Of a DNA stretch of 28,675 bases, positions 16,571 to 24,285 are shown piece after piece. Source of the DNA: a virus (Duplodnaviria; Caudoviricetes). The stretch covers positions 1 through 28,675 of the IMG/VR virus record IMGVR_UViG_3300036815_000223; one strand, written 5' to 3'. Each line of letters starts with the position of its first letter. Positions within the stretch are counted from its first letter, which is position 1. The position numbers and the translations under genes were made by a program. Below the pieces are notes generated by a model. It did no database searches. It was not told where the DNA came from and worked only from the letters and a program-made list of their open reading frames with translations.

Positions 16571-18139
16571 CTAGCTGCGGTTCTTCCAAAAGTCGGCGTT
16601 CTTCTTGTTCATGTCCGCCGGCGAGGCCGGCATCTTGATCACCGTGGCCGCGTCCGTGGTCTTCCGGCCAGCCGTGATGGAGGCGTTGTTGGCGGTCTTC
16701 TTGGCGGCGGCCGCCGTGTTGAACAGCATTCGCGTGGAGTCGCAGGTAAGCTTGCGGACCGTGGCCGCGTCCGTGGTCCGACCGCCCCGAGCCGACACGA
16801 TAAGCTCCTTGGTATCCGCGTCGCCCAGACCCTTAACCAGGGCGGCCTTGCGGAGCCGGCAGATGTTGTCCACCGTCACCCTTGGGTGCCAGGCGCGATC
16901 GAAGGTCGGGATCTTAACCCCCGGAGCGAGGATCTCGGCCATCGCCACCGTGTCACGGAACGATTCCACCAGGAAGGCTGAGTCGGTCGACTTCTTAGCG
17001 GCGTCCCCGGTTCCCTCGGGGGCCTCCTCCTCGAGCTCGCCCTCGATCTCCTTGGAATCATACGAGGTACCTTCCTTCGGCTTCATGTACCCCTCTTCGC
17101 CGTCGCCTTCCTTTTCCATGGCGTTGGGCGCGGTCTTCGGGGCAACCAGGCCCTTGATCTCCTCGAGCGCGTCCCCAATCGTCTTGAACCGGTTTTCCAG
17201 CTCCGCGTCGGTGAACTTCGAGCGACCGCCCTCTTCCTTGGCCTTCCTCTCGGCCTCCAGGCGAGCCGTCTCTTCCTCGGCGTCCTTGGTCTTCTTGTCG
17301 CCGCTGATCACCGCGGGGGCCGGGCCGGTGGGCGCGTGCACATGGACGTGAACACCGCCAGCCTCGCCGCCACCCTCATCACCGGTCATGGGCTCGACCT
17401 CGCCCTCCAGCATCTGGTTGAAGCCTTCCTCATCCTTCGTCTTGAAGGCCTTGCGCAGGCGACTGATAAGCGTCTCTTTGCTCATTTTCCGGGTCCTCTC
17501 TGTAAGGTGATCGGTGATCTTGCATCCTGATCCGCATCGACCGGCCTTGACCAGGGCGACGTGGTTGACGATGATGTTGACCTTGCGGCCCTTACCCGGC
17601 TCGAGCTGCTCGTAGTCAGCCTCATAACCCAGGCTGACCTCTCGCTTTCCCTTCCGGTTGTTGATCGCGTCCTTGATCTTGCCGGACTCGACCAGCGCGT
17701 GCAAACTTCCCGGGTCAATCCCGAGGATGTCCTCGATCAAGGATTGATCCTGAATCATCAGGTCAGCCATGAGGAGGTTGTTTCCCTCTTCCGCGCTTCC
17801 CCGGTGAGGGTTAAGCATCACCCCGCGGGCCAGCTGCGACCAGTTGTCCGACCCCACCCCGTGGTCCTGGTTGGTCGGGTGCTCATCCAGCACCGGCTTG
17901 CCGTTCGAGCTGCTGATCGTGTCCGCATGAAACAGATCCTGCGGCTCACAATCGATCAGCGCGTATCCCCCCGGGCCGACCTCAACATCCGTTTCCCCCG
18001 GTCCGTACAGCATGGACCCCGTTCGGGCCACCGGCACGTTGCGGCACAGCAGGAACCCATCCGGGGTAAGCTCCAGGTTGCCCGTGAGCTTCTCCGTGGT
18101 GTAGTACCGAACTGGCGCGTCAACCGTGGGCAAGGTCAC
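16571..18139 (-). CDS. Prohead protease-scaffold fusion (DUF2213-like)
   Basis: TP.GFLLC..VPVARTG...Y, GKPV..EHP, EVS.GY.A.Y, I..NHVALV..GRCG..C.I.D, followed by a long charged scaffold region. Confidence 0.92.
   Translation of the reverse strand: MTLPTVDAPVRYYTTEKLTGNLELTPDGFLLCRNVPVARTGSMLYGPGETDVEVGPGGYALIDCEPQDLFHADTISSSNGKPVLDEHPTNQDHGVGSDNWSQLARGVMLNPHRGSAEEGNNLLMADLMIQDQSLIEDILGIDPGSLHALVESGKIKDAINNRKGKREVSLGYEADYEQLEPGKGRKVNIIVNHVALVKAGRCGSGCKITDHLTERTRKMSKETLISRLRKAFKTKDEEGFNQMLEGEVEPMTGDEGGGEAGGVHVHVHAPTGPAPAVISGDKKTKDAEEETARLEAERKAKEEGGRSKFTDAELENRFKTIGDALEEIKGLVAPKTAPNAMEKEGDGEEGYMKPKEGTSYDSKEIEGELEEEAPEGTGDAAKKSTDSAFLVESFRDTVAMAEILAPGVKIPTFDRAWHPRVTVDNICRLRKAALVKGLGDADTKELIVSARGGRTTDAATVRKLTCDSTRMLFNTAAAAKKTANNASITAGRKTTDAATVIKMPASPADMNKKNADFWKNRS
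16641..16778. repeat. Exact 21-bp direct repeat encoding TTDAATV twice
   Basis: ACCGTGGCCGCGTCCGTGGTC at 16641-16661 and 16758-16778. Confidence 0.9.
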
Positions 18140-18165
18140 TCCCTCACTTCGTGAGGTTGAAAGTC

Positions 18166-18648
18166 TTACAAATAACCAGCGTTACCGCTGGCGGTCAGCT
18201 TAAGCGACAGGCTGGTGGCCGTAAACGTCCCGCTGGTGGTGGCAAACCTAAGGTTGGTAAACCCGGCCAGGTTGACCACATACACGGTGGCCGCGGTCGT
18301 GGTCTCCGACACGGCGGTCGTGGTGATGGGCACGGCGGTGGTGGGGTAGGCCGCGGTAGGGAGGTTGATCCAGGTGGTGCCGCCGTCGGCGGAACCTTGA
18401 ATCTGCCAGGTCGCCGTGGTCAGGGCCACGCCCGTGGCTGTAATCAAGCCGGACCTAAGACCACCGATGTTGATGGTGGCGCCCGTGGTGGAGATGGCCG
18501 TGAAAACCTGAGGGGCATAGCTGTAGTTCGGCAGAAGCGTGTTCTGGCTTCCCGGGTAGGCCTGGGCCGTGGCTTGCATGCCACCCAACGCCGCGAGGCA
18601 GACGAACAAGGCTGCCAGGATGTACAGCTTCAGGTCACGAAATCTCAT
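18166..18648 (-). CDS. Thr-rich beta-strand protein with signal peptide, in the head module
   Basis: MRFRDLKLYILAALFVCLAALGGMQATA-QA; Asp-box-like SADGGTTW; GGAG RBS. Confidence 0.8.
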   Translation of the reverse strand: MRFRDLKLYILAALFVCLAALGGMQATAQAYPGSQNTLLPNYSYAPQVFTAISTTGATINIGGLRSGLITATGVALTTATWQIQGSADGGTTWINLPTAAYPTTAVPITTTAVSETTTAATVYVVNLAGFTNLRFATTSGTFTATSLSLKLTASGNAGYL

Positions 18649-18651
18649 GGG

Positions 18652-18945
18652 TCAATCTCCAAAGGCCAATAGGAAGGTGGCCACATACAGGATAAGGTTG
18701 CTGGAAAGATCAAACTCAGGAAGGGCGGCGCTGAACGTGAAGGTAACGATGGTTCCCACCAGGGACGTGGTAAAGGTCACGATTCCCAGGTTGGTGATGG
18801 CAGGGACGAGCACCGCGTTCGGCAGGCTACCGCGGAAGTCCTCTGAAATCGGAAGAAGCGAAAGGTCGAAGGAAGCCGCCAGCGAGGTGCCGTCCGAGGT
18901 AAAGCTCAGCGAGTAGCTTTTAACTGGCTTGATCACTAGGTGCAA
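18652..18945 (-). CDS. Small beta-rich hypothetical protein
   Basis: 97 aa, ends 3 nt before the next start. Start uncertain (TTG 18945 or GTG 18936). Confidence 0.6.
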   Translation of the reverse strand: MHLVIKPVKSYSLSFTSDGTSLAASFDLSLLPISEDFRGSLPNAVLVPAITNLGIVTFTTSLVGTIVTFTFSAALPEFDLSSNLILYVATFLLAFGD

Positions 18946-18992
18946 TGATAAGCCCAGGAGGTGGTTTCAGTGAATACCCTGGGCTCATCATT
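18944..18992. repeat. 15-bp inverted repeat (1 mismatch) with 19-nt spacer in an AT-rich intergenic stretch
   Basis: AATGATAAGCCCAGG (18944-18958) and CCTGGGCTCATCATT (18978-18992). Confidence 0.8.
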
Positions 18993-19013
18993 TTAATAAA
19001 AGGCAAGCAAGGC

Positions 19014-19532
19014 TTACGAGGCCGCGGCGGAATCCTCAGTAAGATTTGCCTCTAACCTAGCCCTTTGCAGAACTTCTTTAGCACTCTCAAGATCTGAACT
19101 TACCAGACCCTTATCACCTCTTTCAATGCCCCTAACCAATTTCTGGGCATTTGAAATCACAAACGCAAGGGACATACTTCCACCGCCCGTCTTAAACAGT
19201 TTTCCGGCTTGTGCCGAGAGTCGAGGGCTAGCTTCCGTCTTATGAGGTTCCGCGTCGTGTGTCTCCGCCGCCGGGAACGTCTTCGCTAGCTCCCAGGCAT
19301 CCTCACGGCCATCCGGTAGCTTGACCACCACCCGGCCGCCCTCCACGCGGATCACCTTGCCCCGTGACCCCCTGCTGTTGTGAACCGTGACTCCCGGGTC
19401 AAGCTGCGACGACTTCGACGTCATGGAAGAATCACCCATCTCATGACAGTCATGAAACTGTTGATGCTTCCGGTTAAGGTCGGCCAGGGTCACGCTGGAC
19501 ACCGGCTTGAAGCTTTCCTTGTTCGTGGCCAT
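19014..19532 (-). CDS. Modular hypothetical protein (scaffold-like helix, SH3/KOW-like module, helical module)
   Basis: ATG 19532 preceded by AGGAGG. PG..V....G.RG.V..V.G..V.V...DG is an SH3-like pattern. The 3' part is AT-richer. Confidence 0.75.
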   Translation of the reverse strand: MATNKESFKPVSSVTLADLNRKHQQFHDCHEMGDSSMTSKSSQLDPGVTVHNSRGSRGKVIRVEGGRVVVKLPDGREDAWELAKTFPAAETHDAEPHKTEASPRLSAQAGKLFKTGGGSMSLAFVISNAQKLVRGIERGDKGLVSSDLESAKEVLQRARLEANLTEDSAAAS

Positions 19533-19541
19533 GGCCACCTC

Positions 19542-19958
19542 CTAAACCTTGATTCCCAGCTCCCTGAGCTTGTTCTTGCTGCTTTTGTACAGCTGCCAAA
19601 TTCGTTTTTCCTCGGCCGTCTTGAACTTCGGCTCCGGTTCCGGTGGTTTCGGTTCGGGCACCGGCTCGTTGGGGTCGTACGTCCAAAGGTTGAACCCGCC
19701 CTCATGGTACGCCTTGCCGACCATCTCATGCCGGTCCGTAATCCCTAGCTTCATGAACGCAAACCGCAGCGCGTTCTTAACCGTCTGCTCGGTGGTCTTA
19801 AGATCCTCCGCGATCGCCGCATTCTTCTTGCCCTGAAACACCAGGGCAACCGCCTTCTCTTCCCGCCTGGTTAAGGGCACCAGCCGTCGGTCGTTCAGCT
19901 CTAGGAGGCTAAGCTGCTTTGGCCGCTGTCTTCGCTTCCGTCTTCTCAAGAGCGCCAT
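19542..19958 (-). CDS. Stand-alone LuxR/GerE-type HTH protein
   Basis: LTRREEKAVALVFQGKKNAAIAEDLKTTEQTVKNALRFAFMKLGITDR. Start uncertain; ATG 19958 chosen over 20036 to limit overlap with MuF. Confidence 0.8.
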   Translation of the reverse strand: MALLRRRKRRQRPKQLSLLELNDRRLVPLTRREEKAVALVFQGKKNAAIAEDLKTTEQTVKNALRFAFMKLGITDRHEMVGKAYHEGGFNLWTYDPNEPVPEPKPPEPEPKFKTAEEKRIWQLYKSSKNKLRELGIKV

Positions 19959-20727
19959 ACATGACCCGTAGCCTCTCCTCGTCCAGGACCGGCTCGGGAT
20001 AGCATCGGCAATTGTAAATCTGACCCGCGTGGGCACGCTCGCCCCGTTCCCCTGAGATGGGCGGCTCGGCCCATCGATGAAAGGTACCGTTTAACTTCTG
20101 GTGGAGCTTGCGGACATCCGAATCCCCCACCGACCGCCAGATGTACCCGGGGGACCCCAGGTGCTCGGCCCGGGACTGCGTGACCAGGCTGGCGGTCCTA
20201 GCCACCTCGGTGCGGGCGATCAGGTTGGCGCGAGACGTGTTCACCGACCCCGAGCTCAGGATCATGTCTCGGATCTCCGCGGCCCGGGTGCTGTTGATGA
20301 TCCCCTCAAGCGTGAGCTCATGGACCCGCTTGGCGGCGTCCAGGGGAAGCGAGGTGATCAGGTTCACCTGGTCCGCCAGGTGCTGGCGGGCCAGCATCCC
20401 GGCCGGCGACTCGGCCAGCTCCCGTCGCAGCTCGCGTCCCAGGGAGTGGGCGGTTTCCAGCCAGGCCTTCTCGTCTCGCAGCATGACATCCGCCTGCATC
20501 CGTTCGGCCACGATCGACGCCCAGGGCCGGATGACCACCGCGTACTGGCGGAGGGCCATCTGGAGGTCGTGCTGATTCTGAATGACCCCATCGGGAGCCA
20601 TGCCCTTGACCAGATGCCCCACCTGCTCGCTTACCTTTCGCAGCTGCCGAGCAAAGTAGGACTCGGTCTGGCGGACGTGCCGCCAGCGGAGGCGGGCCAG
20701 GCGGCGCTCGTAGGCCTCACGGTTCAC
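19909..20727 (-). CDS. MuF / SPP1 gp7 family head morphogenesis protein
   Basis: RA.LIARTE, Y.W....D.DVR..H..L.G....W..PP, G...NCRC..EP motifs. Confidence 0.93.
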   Translation of the reverse strand: MNREAYERRLARLRWRHVRQTESYFARQLRKVSEQVGHLVKGMAPDGVIQNQHDLQMALRQYAVVIRPWASIVAERMQADVMLRDEKAWLETAHSLGRELRRELAESPAGMLARQHLADQVNLITSLPLDAAKRVHELTLEGIINSTRAAEIRDMILSSGSVNTSRANLIARTEVARTASLVTQSRAEHLGSPGYIWRSVGDSDVRKLHQKLNGTFHRWAEPPISGERGERAHAGQIYNCRCYPEPVLDEERLRVMYGALEKTEAKTAAKAA

Positions 20728-21053
20728 CCATTCCTCCCGATCCTCAGGTCGTCGATCTTCATGCGAAGCAGCTGACGGGAGGAGGTGCCGGTCCGGCTAT
20801 ACACGCCCCGGAGATAGTTCTTGACGGTAGCCTGGGTGGTCCCCATCCTGAAGGCTACCTCCCGAATCCGCAGGCCCTCGGCCAGGAGGGTCGCGGCCTG
20901 AAGCTCCTTGGGTCTCAGGTTAAACGAGACCAGGACCTCCATGACCGTGCGGATTCCCGCGGGCGGGCCGGGCACCACCTTGATTATTGGTGTAGGCGGG
21001 GGAGGAAGCTTGTGGTCCGGTATGTGGTACTCACAACGTGGGCAACAAATCAT
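20724..21053 (-). CDS. Stand-alone LuxR/GerE-type HTH protein with N-terminal CxxC
   Basis: LRPKELQAATLLAEGLRIREVAFRMGTTQATVKNYLRGVYSRTGTSSR; ATGA and GTGA overlaps with portal and MuF. Confidence 0.85.
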   Translation of the reverse strand: MICCPRCEYHIPDHKLPPPPTPIIKVVPGPPAGIRTVMEVLVSFNLRPKELQAATLLAEGLRIREVAFRMGTTQATVKNYLRGVYSRTGTSSRQLLRMKIDDLRIGRNG

Positions 21054-22963
21054 GCGGCGTCCTCCCCGACCAGCTTTCGCAGCTGGTCCATGCTGATTGG
21101 TTCAATGCTGCCAAACGTGTCTTGCCCACGGGAGTGACCGGCCAGGTAGCAGGCCAGAGCATCCCCCTTGTGCTTGAAGCCGAGGATCACCTTATCCTCG
21201 TCGTACGTGCCGGTGTCCGGGTGGTTCTGGTGGACCACCCAGGCCAGGTCGCTCGTGGCCTCGGGGCCTACGTAGCAATCCAGCTGGTCACCATCCGCGC
21301 CCATTGTCTTGCGGATGTAGCCGTAGTCGGCCGGCATGGTTACCGACCAGTCCTTGCCGTTGCGGACCGACCCCTTGGGGTTCTCGACCACGATCTGCAA
21401 ACCCTGCCGCCGTGCGAGCTCGGCCACGGTCGAGGCGGCGTCCCCGGTGTTCTGGCTGATGGCCGCGTCTACCTTGCTCGGACCCTTGAGCTGCAGGATG
21501 CCCCGGTCCAGGGCCGAGCCGCGGCCCAGCATCGCCAGGGCCTTGTCGGTGTTCGGAAGCGCGGCGGCGGCCCCCGGCGGGGCCACGTTGGCCTGCTCCG
21601 CCTCGTCGATCATCTCATCCGAGATGTTCGATCCCCGGCCGGTGACCTCGCTCAGCTGCTTGGCCTCCTTCATGGCGGTGGGCGGGTCGTAGACCCCGGC
21701 CTCCAGGTAGCCGGTGATGGTCACCATGTCACGGTTGGCCGTCTCGCTCTTGTCCTGCTCCGTCATCTGGTACAGGGGGTTGAACCCGAGCTTGAAGCCC
21801 TTCGGCAGGTCGATCCCCAGGCTGGAGGCGATCATCCGGTAGAACCGGGTCACCGGCACCTGGTAGTACCTCACCTGCTTTTGAAGGATGCCGTCGTAGT
21901 ACGTCTTCAGGTCCCCGTCCCCCGTGGAGTTAAGGCCGCCTGGTGACCGTCCTAGCAGGCGGGTGAGGGGAACCTGCACCGCACCAGCCAGCTGCTCGGC
22001 AAAGGCGGTCATGGCATCGGACATGCCGGTCATGGCACCCGACTGGTCAATCTGGAAGTCGTCCTTGGCGTCGATGAGGTTGATGCCCTCAAACCCCTGG
22101 AACCGCCGCATCATGTCCACGTACTTGCTTAGGCCGGCCATCTTCGCCCCACCGGCGCTGACGATCTCCCTCAGTCCGTCCACCTTGAGGGTGCGGAGGT
22201 AGATCTTATACATCAGCTGGGCGGCGCCCTGGCTGCTGGAGTCAAAGGCCACCAGGCGATCGTACATCCGTTCGTAGACCGAGGTCCCCCACATGTTCTC
22301 CATCACGCGCTGCCAGTATGGTAGGCGGTCACCAATCTGACGGAGCACCCGGGAGTAGTGAACCTTCTGGTTGCGGAGACCGGGGGCATCGGAGTTGACC
22401 CGGTAGAACTTGGGCTTGCCGAAGTTCGGTCCGAGGTCCTGCACCAGGTCCTCGATGGTGGGGTCTACCTGCCAGCGGTCCAGGGACAGGAACCCCTTGA
22501 GCTGACCGGTCGAGACCGTATCGGCTCGGAAGGGGGTGCTAAGGTCCTGGCCGTCTATCAAGGGAATCATGATCGAACCGCCGTACAGTCGAGCGCCCTG
22601 GGTAGCCTCGTTCAGGCCGTCCCACAGGCCGAGGGTCACGGCCGACTCCTGGATGGCCTCGATGGCCTCGGGGTCGAGATCCCCCTCGATCTTGACGCCC
22701 TCCCGGGTCATGTCATCGCACACCACGTCCACGGCCAGGCCACCCGCCCAGGACCCGCGGTGAATCCATTCCAGCAGGATGCGGTTGCGGGTGATGGGGT
22801 TGAACCCGTAGGTCGACCCCGAGGAGAGGTTGTCTGTGCCGATCCCGACCTGGGCCATGAAGTTCTGGAAGCTGTCGGTGGTGATCCCACGCTTCTTGGC
22901 CTGTCGGTTGTTGGCCGACTCCAGGCGGTTCGATAATCCCTTAACCGAAACTCGTGATGGCAT
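21050..22963 (-). CDS. Portal protein (DUF1073-like) fused to a C-terminal inorganic pyrophosphatase-like domain
   Basis: Start reassigned to ATG 22963 (AGGAG upstream). VD....DMTREG, ARLYGG, H.SR, GA..VPLTRL.G.SP.GLNSTG..D...YYD motifs; then ENPKGS.R...W...MP.DYGYI..T.GADGD.LD.Y.G...DEDKV.LGF. Confidence 0.92.
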   Translation of the reverse strand: MPSRVSVKGLSNRLESANNRQAKKRGITTDSFQNFMAQVGIGTDNLSSGSTYGFNPITRNRILLEWIHRGSWAGGLAVDVVCDDMTREGVKIEGDLDPEAIEAIQESAVTLGLWDGLNEATQGARLYGGSIMIPLIDGQDLSTPFRADTVSTGQLKGFLSLDRWQVDPTIEDLVQDLGPNFGKPKFYRVNSDAPGLRNQKVHYSRVLRQIGDRLPYWQRVMENMWGTSVYERMYDRLVAFDSSSQGAAQLMYKIYLRTLKVDGLREIVSAGGAKMAGLSKYVDMMRRFQGFEGINLIDAKDDFQIDQSGAMTGMSDAMTAFAEQLAGAVQVPLTRLLGRSPGGLNSTGDGDLKTYYDGILQKQVRYYQVPVTRFYRMIASSLGIDLPKGFKLGFNPLYQMTEQDKSETANRDMVTITGYLEAGVYDPPTAMKEAKQLSEVTGRGSNISDEMIDEAEQANVAPPGAAAALPNTDKALAMLGRGSALDRGILQLKGPSKVDAAISQNTGDAASTVAELARRQGLQIVVENPKGSVRNGKDWSVTMPADYGYIRKTMGADGDQLDCYVGPEATSDLAWVVHQNHPDTGTYDEDKVILGFKHKGDALACYLAGHSRGQDTFGSIEPISMDQLRKLVGEDAA

Positions 22964-22983
22964 TGACCTCTCTCCTTGCCTGT

Positions 22984-24285
22984 CTAATAGGTAACCCAAG
23001 CATATGCTGCGCCGTTGATGCCACGGCAAAGGATTCTAGCCTGCACGTTGCTTCCGCCGGTATACGCCACCATGAACGCAGGAGCAGTGGCATCCGAAAC
23101 GCCAGCCGTGGCACTCTTCGCCGCTATAGCTGAAACACATGTAGGCAATGCAACTGGTGTGCCCGGAGAAATTGGGTATGTAACCCCGGAGGTGAATATT
23201 CCGTTAACGATTCGGACCTGAGGATTGATGCCGACCAACAGGTCGCCTAAGAAGGCCCCAGTCCAAATGGTGGAATAGTCACCGTCCCAGCTTGTCATAG
23301 TGCCGTGCACAGCTTCGTCGCCGGAAGCGTCCCATTTAAAGTTGTGTTGTAAAGGGGAGAGACTAGAATGCAGCGTGGCGTTGATTAAGTCTACAGATTG
23401 CGCGCCGTTGGTTCCGAGACTGTCGGCAAATTCGAAACATACATCACCGCTGCCTGCTCCGTCCGACGCATCATACAGGCAAGTCAAATTTACATACGTA
23501 GACGCGGTGGCAGGCGAGTCGATCTCCACAGCGGAAATGTTTGTTGGCACAGCACCGTGAGTGCTGGCTGCATAATACTCGCTTTGCGAGTAAATGCCTA
23601 CGGTGTTCTGCAGTAAGAACCTTCCATCGGTTCCGCCGTAGTAACCGGTATATTGTGCTTGGTCAACGGCTTTCACAGCGTAGTACCCGGCCTGACCACC
23701 TGTGCTCCAGTAGGTCATCGTCAAGTTGGTACCGTCAACGTACACCGCTGTAGCGGCGCTGGTACCTCCCGTCAGATCGGCTTCCATGTTTTGCAAAGTT
23801 AAATATGTGCCGATGGGCGAGTAGCATCCTGTGCAGATGGCTTCGATCATGTGGCCGCTGCCGGTGTAGGCTATGAAAGAGTTGTTGAAGTTGATGGTCA
23901 AGTTCGAGTTAGCCGGAACCGTCAGCCCCGCGGTGCCTACATTGCACTGTTGCACGGTAGTTACGCTGGTAGACGGAGGCCACTCTACTACGCCAACACC
24001 GTTTCCAGCGGTGAGCACCGCGTTGATAGCAGACTGAATTGCTATGTGGTCGTCGGTATGACCATCGCACTTCGCGTTGTAGGGCGCATCCGTGATAAGC
24101 GCGGTCGGCACGGTCAACGAGGGCAGTGCAACGGGTCCGAATACGGGAAGGCCGCCCGAATACCTTTGCAGCTGAGGTACCGTGCCGACACCCATCGGGT
24201 TAAAGATGGCGGCTGATGTTGGCCCCTGGCACAAGGCCACCGCCGAAGTAATAAACACCGCTAAGGCAACGGTTAGCTTTTTCAT
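22984..24285 (-). CDS. Signal-peptide-bearing beta-helix (tailspike / pectate-lyase-superfamily-like) protein
   Basis: MKKLTVALAVFITSAVALC-Q; YNAKCDGHTDDHIAIQSAINA matches the YGA.GDG.TDD..AIQ.AI cap of beta-helix tailspikes; 8 Cys in the mature part; lower GC. Confidence 0.8.
   Translation of the reverse strand: MKKLTVALAVFITSAVALCQGPTSAAIFNPMGVGTVPQLQRYSGGLPVFGPVALPSLTVPTALITDAPYNAKCDGHTDDHIAIQSAINAVLTAGNGVGVVEWPPSTSVTTVQQCNVGTAGLTVPANSNLTINFNNSFIAYTGSGHMIEAICTGCYSPIGTYLTLQNMEADLTGGTSAATAVYVDGTNLTMTYWSTGGQAGYYAVKAVDQAQYTGYYGGTDGRFLLQNTVGIYSQSEYYAASTHGAVPTNISAVEIDSPATASTYVNLTCLYDASDGAGSGDVCFEFADSLGTNGAQSVDLINATLHSSLSPLQHNFKWDASGDEAVHGTMTSWDGDYSTIWTGAFLGDLLVGINPQVRIVNGIFTSGVTYPISPGTPVALPTCVSAIAAKSATAGVSDATAPAFMVAYTGGSNVQARILCRGINGAAYAWVTY

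Noticed and set aside
24229-24285. Lipoprotein signal (VALC) in the beta-helix protein
   Set aside because: Leu at -1 does not fit the lipobox; cleavage before Gln by signal peptidase I is more plausible.
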